64,000 nucleotides of DNA from an uncultured Chloroflexia bacterium (GTDB taxonomy: Bacteria > Chloroflexota > Anaerolineae > Anaerolineales > Villigracilaceae). The stretch is taken from assembly GCA_963775435.1 (NCBI GenBank), contig CAVZIZ010000015.1, positions 13,065-77,064 on the forward strand, written 5' to 3'. Every line of letters begins with the position of its first letter. Position 1 is the first letter of the stretch. Positions 62,801-64,000 of the stretch are shown here, one piece after another. A program made the position numbers and the translations under genes. The notes under the pieces were generated by a model. It saw nothing but the letters and a program-made list of their open reading frames with translations. It was not told the origin of the DNA and made no database searches.

Positions 62801-63851
62801 GACCTCGGAATGGCAGCTACAACGAGACCATGGGCTATCCCGGTGGACCAGTTCACCACGGATTACTGGTTCCCATTCTACGATCACGGCTACCCGGTGG
62901 CACAGACAACGTCCGCACCTGGATCCTGGTGGGCAACCCCAGCGATGGCACGACGCCACATGTCGAAGTCTACATCGGCGGTGTCGCAGCAGCTCCGGCA
63001 GCCCCTTTACGATTTCCCCCGGCAGCCGGGTGACGCCCGCGCTGGATCGGCACCATCGGTGGTCCGGTGCACGTCTCGAGCGATATCCCGGTGTTTGCCA
63101 GCGAGCGCCAGTTCACGGTGCCGGACAACAGCTTCAGCGAGACGATGGGCTACCCGGGCGAACCAGCTCACCGACGAATACTGGTTCCCGTGGTACGACT
63201 CGATCAACATGGACACCAGCATCAAGGTCGGCCAACACGGACTCGGGCCAGTCGGCGTCCGTGGATATCTACATCGGCAGCACGCAGGAAGGGACAGTCG
63301 GACGAGATCCCGGCCAACGCAACGAATACGTACAGCTACTCCGGCACGCTGGACGGTCCGGTGCGGGTGGTGCGGGTAAGTGGCGGCGCCATCGTGGCCA
63401 GCCAGTGGACGCTGTCTGGGACGAACAACAGCTTCAACGAGGTGATGGGCTCGCCATTCGACCAGTTCACCACCGAGTACTGGTTCCCCTTCTACGACCA
63501 CGGCTACCCCGGGACGGACAACATGCGAACGTGGGTGCTGGTCGGCAACCCGAGACTCCAGTAGCACAGCCCACGTGCACATCTATATAGACGGTGTGGA
63601 GCAGCTGGGCAGTCCGTTCAGCATACCTGCCGGCAGTCGGGTGACGCCGAGGTGGATCGGTACAGTTGGCGGGCCGGTGCATGTGGTCAGCGACATCCCG
63701 GTGTTCACCAGCGAGCGGGTGTTCACCGTGCCTAATGACAGCTTCAACGAGATGATGGGCTACCCGGCAAACCAGCTCGTCTCTGAATACTGGTTCCCGT
63801 GGTACGAACTCGATCAACATGGCGAACAGCATCTTGATGAGCCGGCCGTAA
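59803..63851 (+). pseudogene. WFPWYD-tail protein G: two beta-helix/PMP-like (GGAMYN-type) head segments plus 4-unit tail; about ten frame changes as assembled
   Basis: GGAGGAG RBS, ATG at 59803 (MRAQF...GVTPARAAGP). Repeated GGGVYN/GGAMYN/GGAVYN rungs and DIGAAEY / DQRGVPRPQGLQCDMGAYE motifs are spread over listed ORFs 59788.., 60026.., 61125.., 62056.., 62336.., 62358... The tail spans 62652-63851. The corrected end is DSINMANSILMSRP-TAA (63849-63851). Confidence 0.6.
62652..63851 (+). repeat. Four-unit WFPWYD tail of gene G
   Basis: WFP.YD motifs lie near 62870, 63185, 63480 and 63795. Confidence 0.8.
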
Positions 63852-63878
63852 CACAGGCAGCAGAGCACGCCGATAGAC

Positions 63879-63912
63879 ACGCAGCCCGGATCACTGTCCG
63901 GGCTGCGTCTGT
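63879..63912 (+). terminator. Hairpin after gene G (homologous to the one after gene F)
   Basis: ACGCAGCCCGGA-6 nt-TCCGGGCTGCGT (12 bp). The preceding GATAGACAC is shared with the gene F 3' region. Confidence 0.5.
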
Positions 63913-64000
63913 GTTAGTCGGGGTCATTCCACCCATCTCATGTGAGATTTCCCGGTGCCGGGCGGGCCATGGTCGGAGGTCGGAACCACTTCGGGCCTTG

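Noticed and set aside
42757-63809. Programmed +1 ribosomal frameshifting at the recurrent TACGAACTCG sites
   Set aside because: It is not excluded, but I see no slippery, hungry or stop codon context or conserved downstream structure. The extra base sits exactly at a site where intact copies vary (GAC versus AAC). Many other indels on the contig occur in non-repeat genes. Consensus artefact is more parsimonious, and this point is kept as a finding to be checked.
42256-63851. Regular sequence periodicity that might be mistaken for a CRISPR array or a non-coding tandem repeat
   Set aside because: The period is ~295-315 nt, not 28-37-nt repeats with unique spacers. The repeats translate into a conserved protein motif in a single orientation, and no cas genes are present.
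40507-63851. Polymorphic toxin/immunity or Rhs-like locus, or a diversity-generating retroelement target array
   Set aside because: The polarity is the reverse of polymorphic toxins, with variable N-terminal heads and a constant C-terminus. There are no small immunity-like ORFs between the genes. No reverse transcriptase or template repeat is present, and the differences between copies are not adenine-specific.

Overview
GC-rich bacterial chromosomal segment. The gene content (NBR1-type lipoproteins, Pro/Thr-rich linkers, GroEL sequence) looks Chloroflexota-like, but that is inference only. All functional calls come from motif recognition by eye; no database search was possible.

The window falls into three blocks:
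- Block 1 (1-15.8 kb, + strand): a translationally coupled envelope-glycan operon. It holds four GT-C-like polytopic membrane proteins (two paralog pairs), two paralogous GT2 enzymes and two sulfotransferases. It also holds a NeuA-like CMP-sugar synthetase with two dehydrogenases and a GNGPSL/DUF115-type transferase, a Wzz-like protein and an O-antigen-ligase-like protein.
- Block 2 (15.8-40.3 kb): housekeeping and transport genes. These are an alpha/beta hydrolase, rdgB, queG, four tandem NBR1-FW-like lipoproteins, a BMP-type ABC importer with two binding proteins, trmD, two TPR proteins, CIRCE-controlled groES-groEL, an ABC-2 polysaccharide exporter and rfbCBAD.
- Block 3 (40.5-63.9 kb): the unusual part. 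Seven co-directional genes encode large secreted proteins with unrelated N-terminal heads: two unknown paralogous heads, a PQQ-type sugar dehydrogenase propeller, a metallophosphoesterase, two beta-helix/PMP-like heads and one further unknown head. All seven end in the same ~400-aa tail of four ~100-aa units carrying an invariant MGYPxxQxTxEYWFPWYD-type motif (28 units in the window). I cannot assign this tail to a named family.

The assembly carries many apparent 1-nt indels. They are rare in block 1, scattered in block 2 and very dense in block 3. The same extra base sits at the same codon in five repeat units. Consensus error is the simplest explanation, but this needs read-level checking.

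No rRNA, tRNA, CRISPR array, transposase or integrase was recognised.
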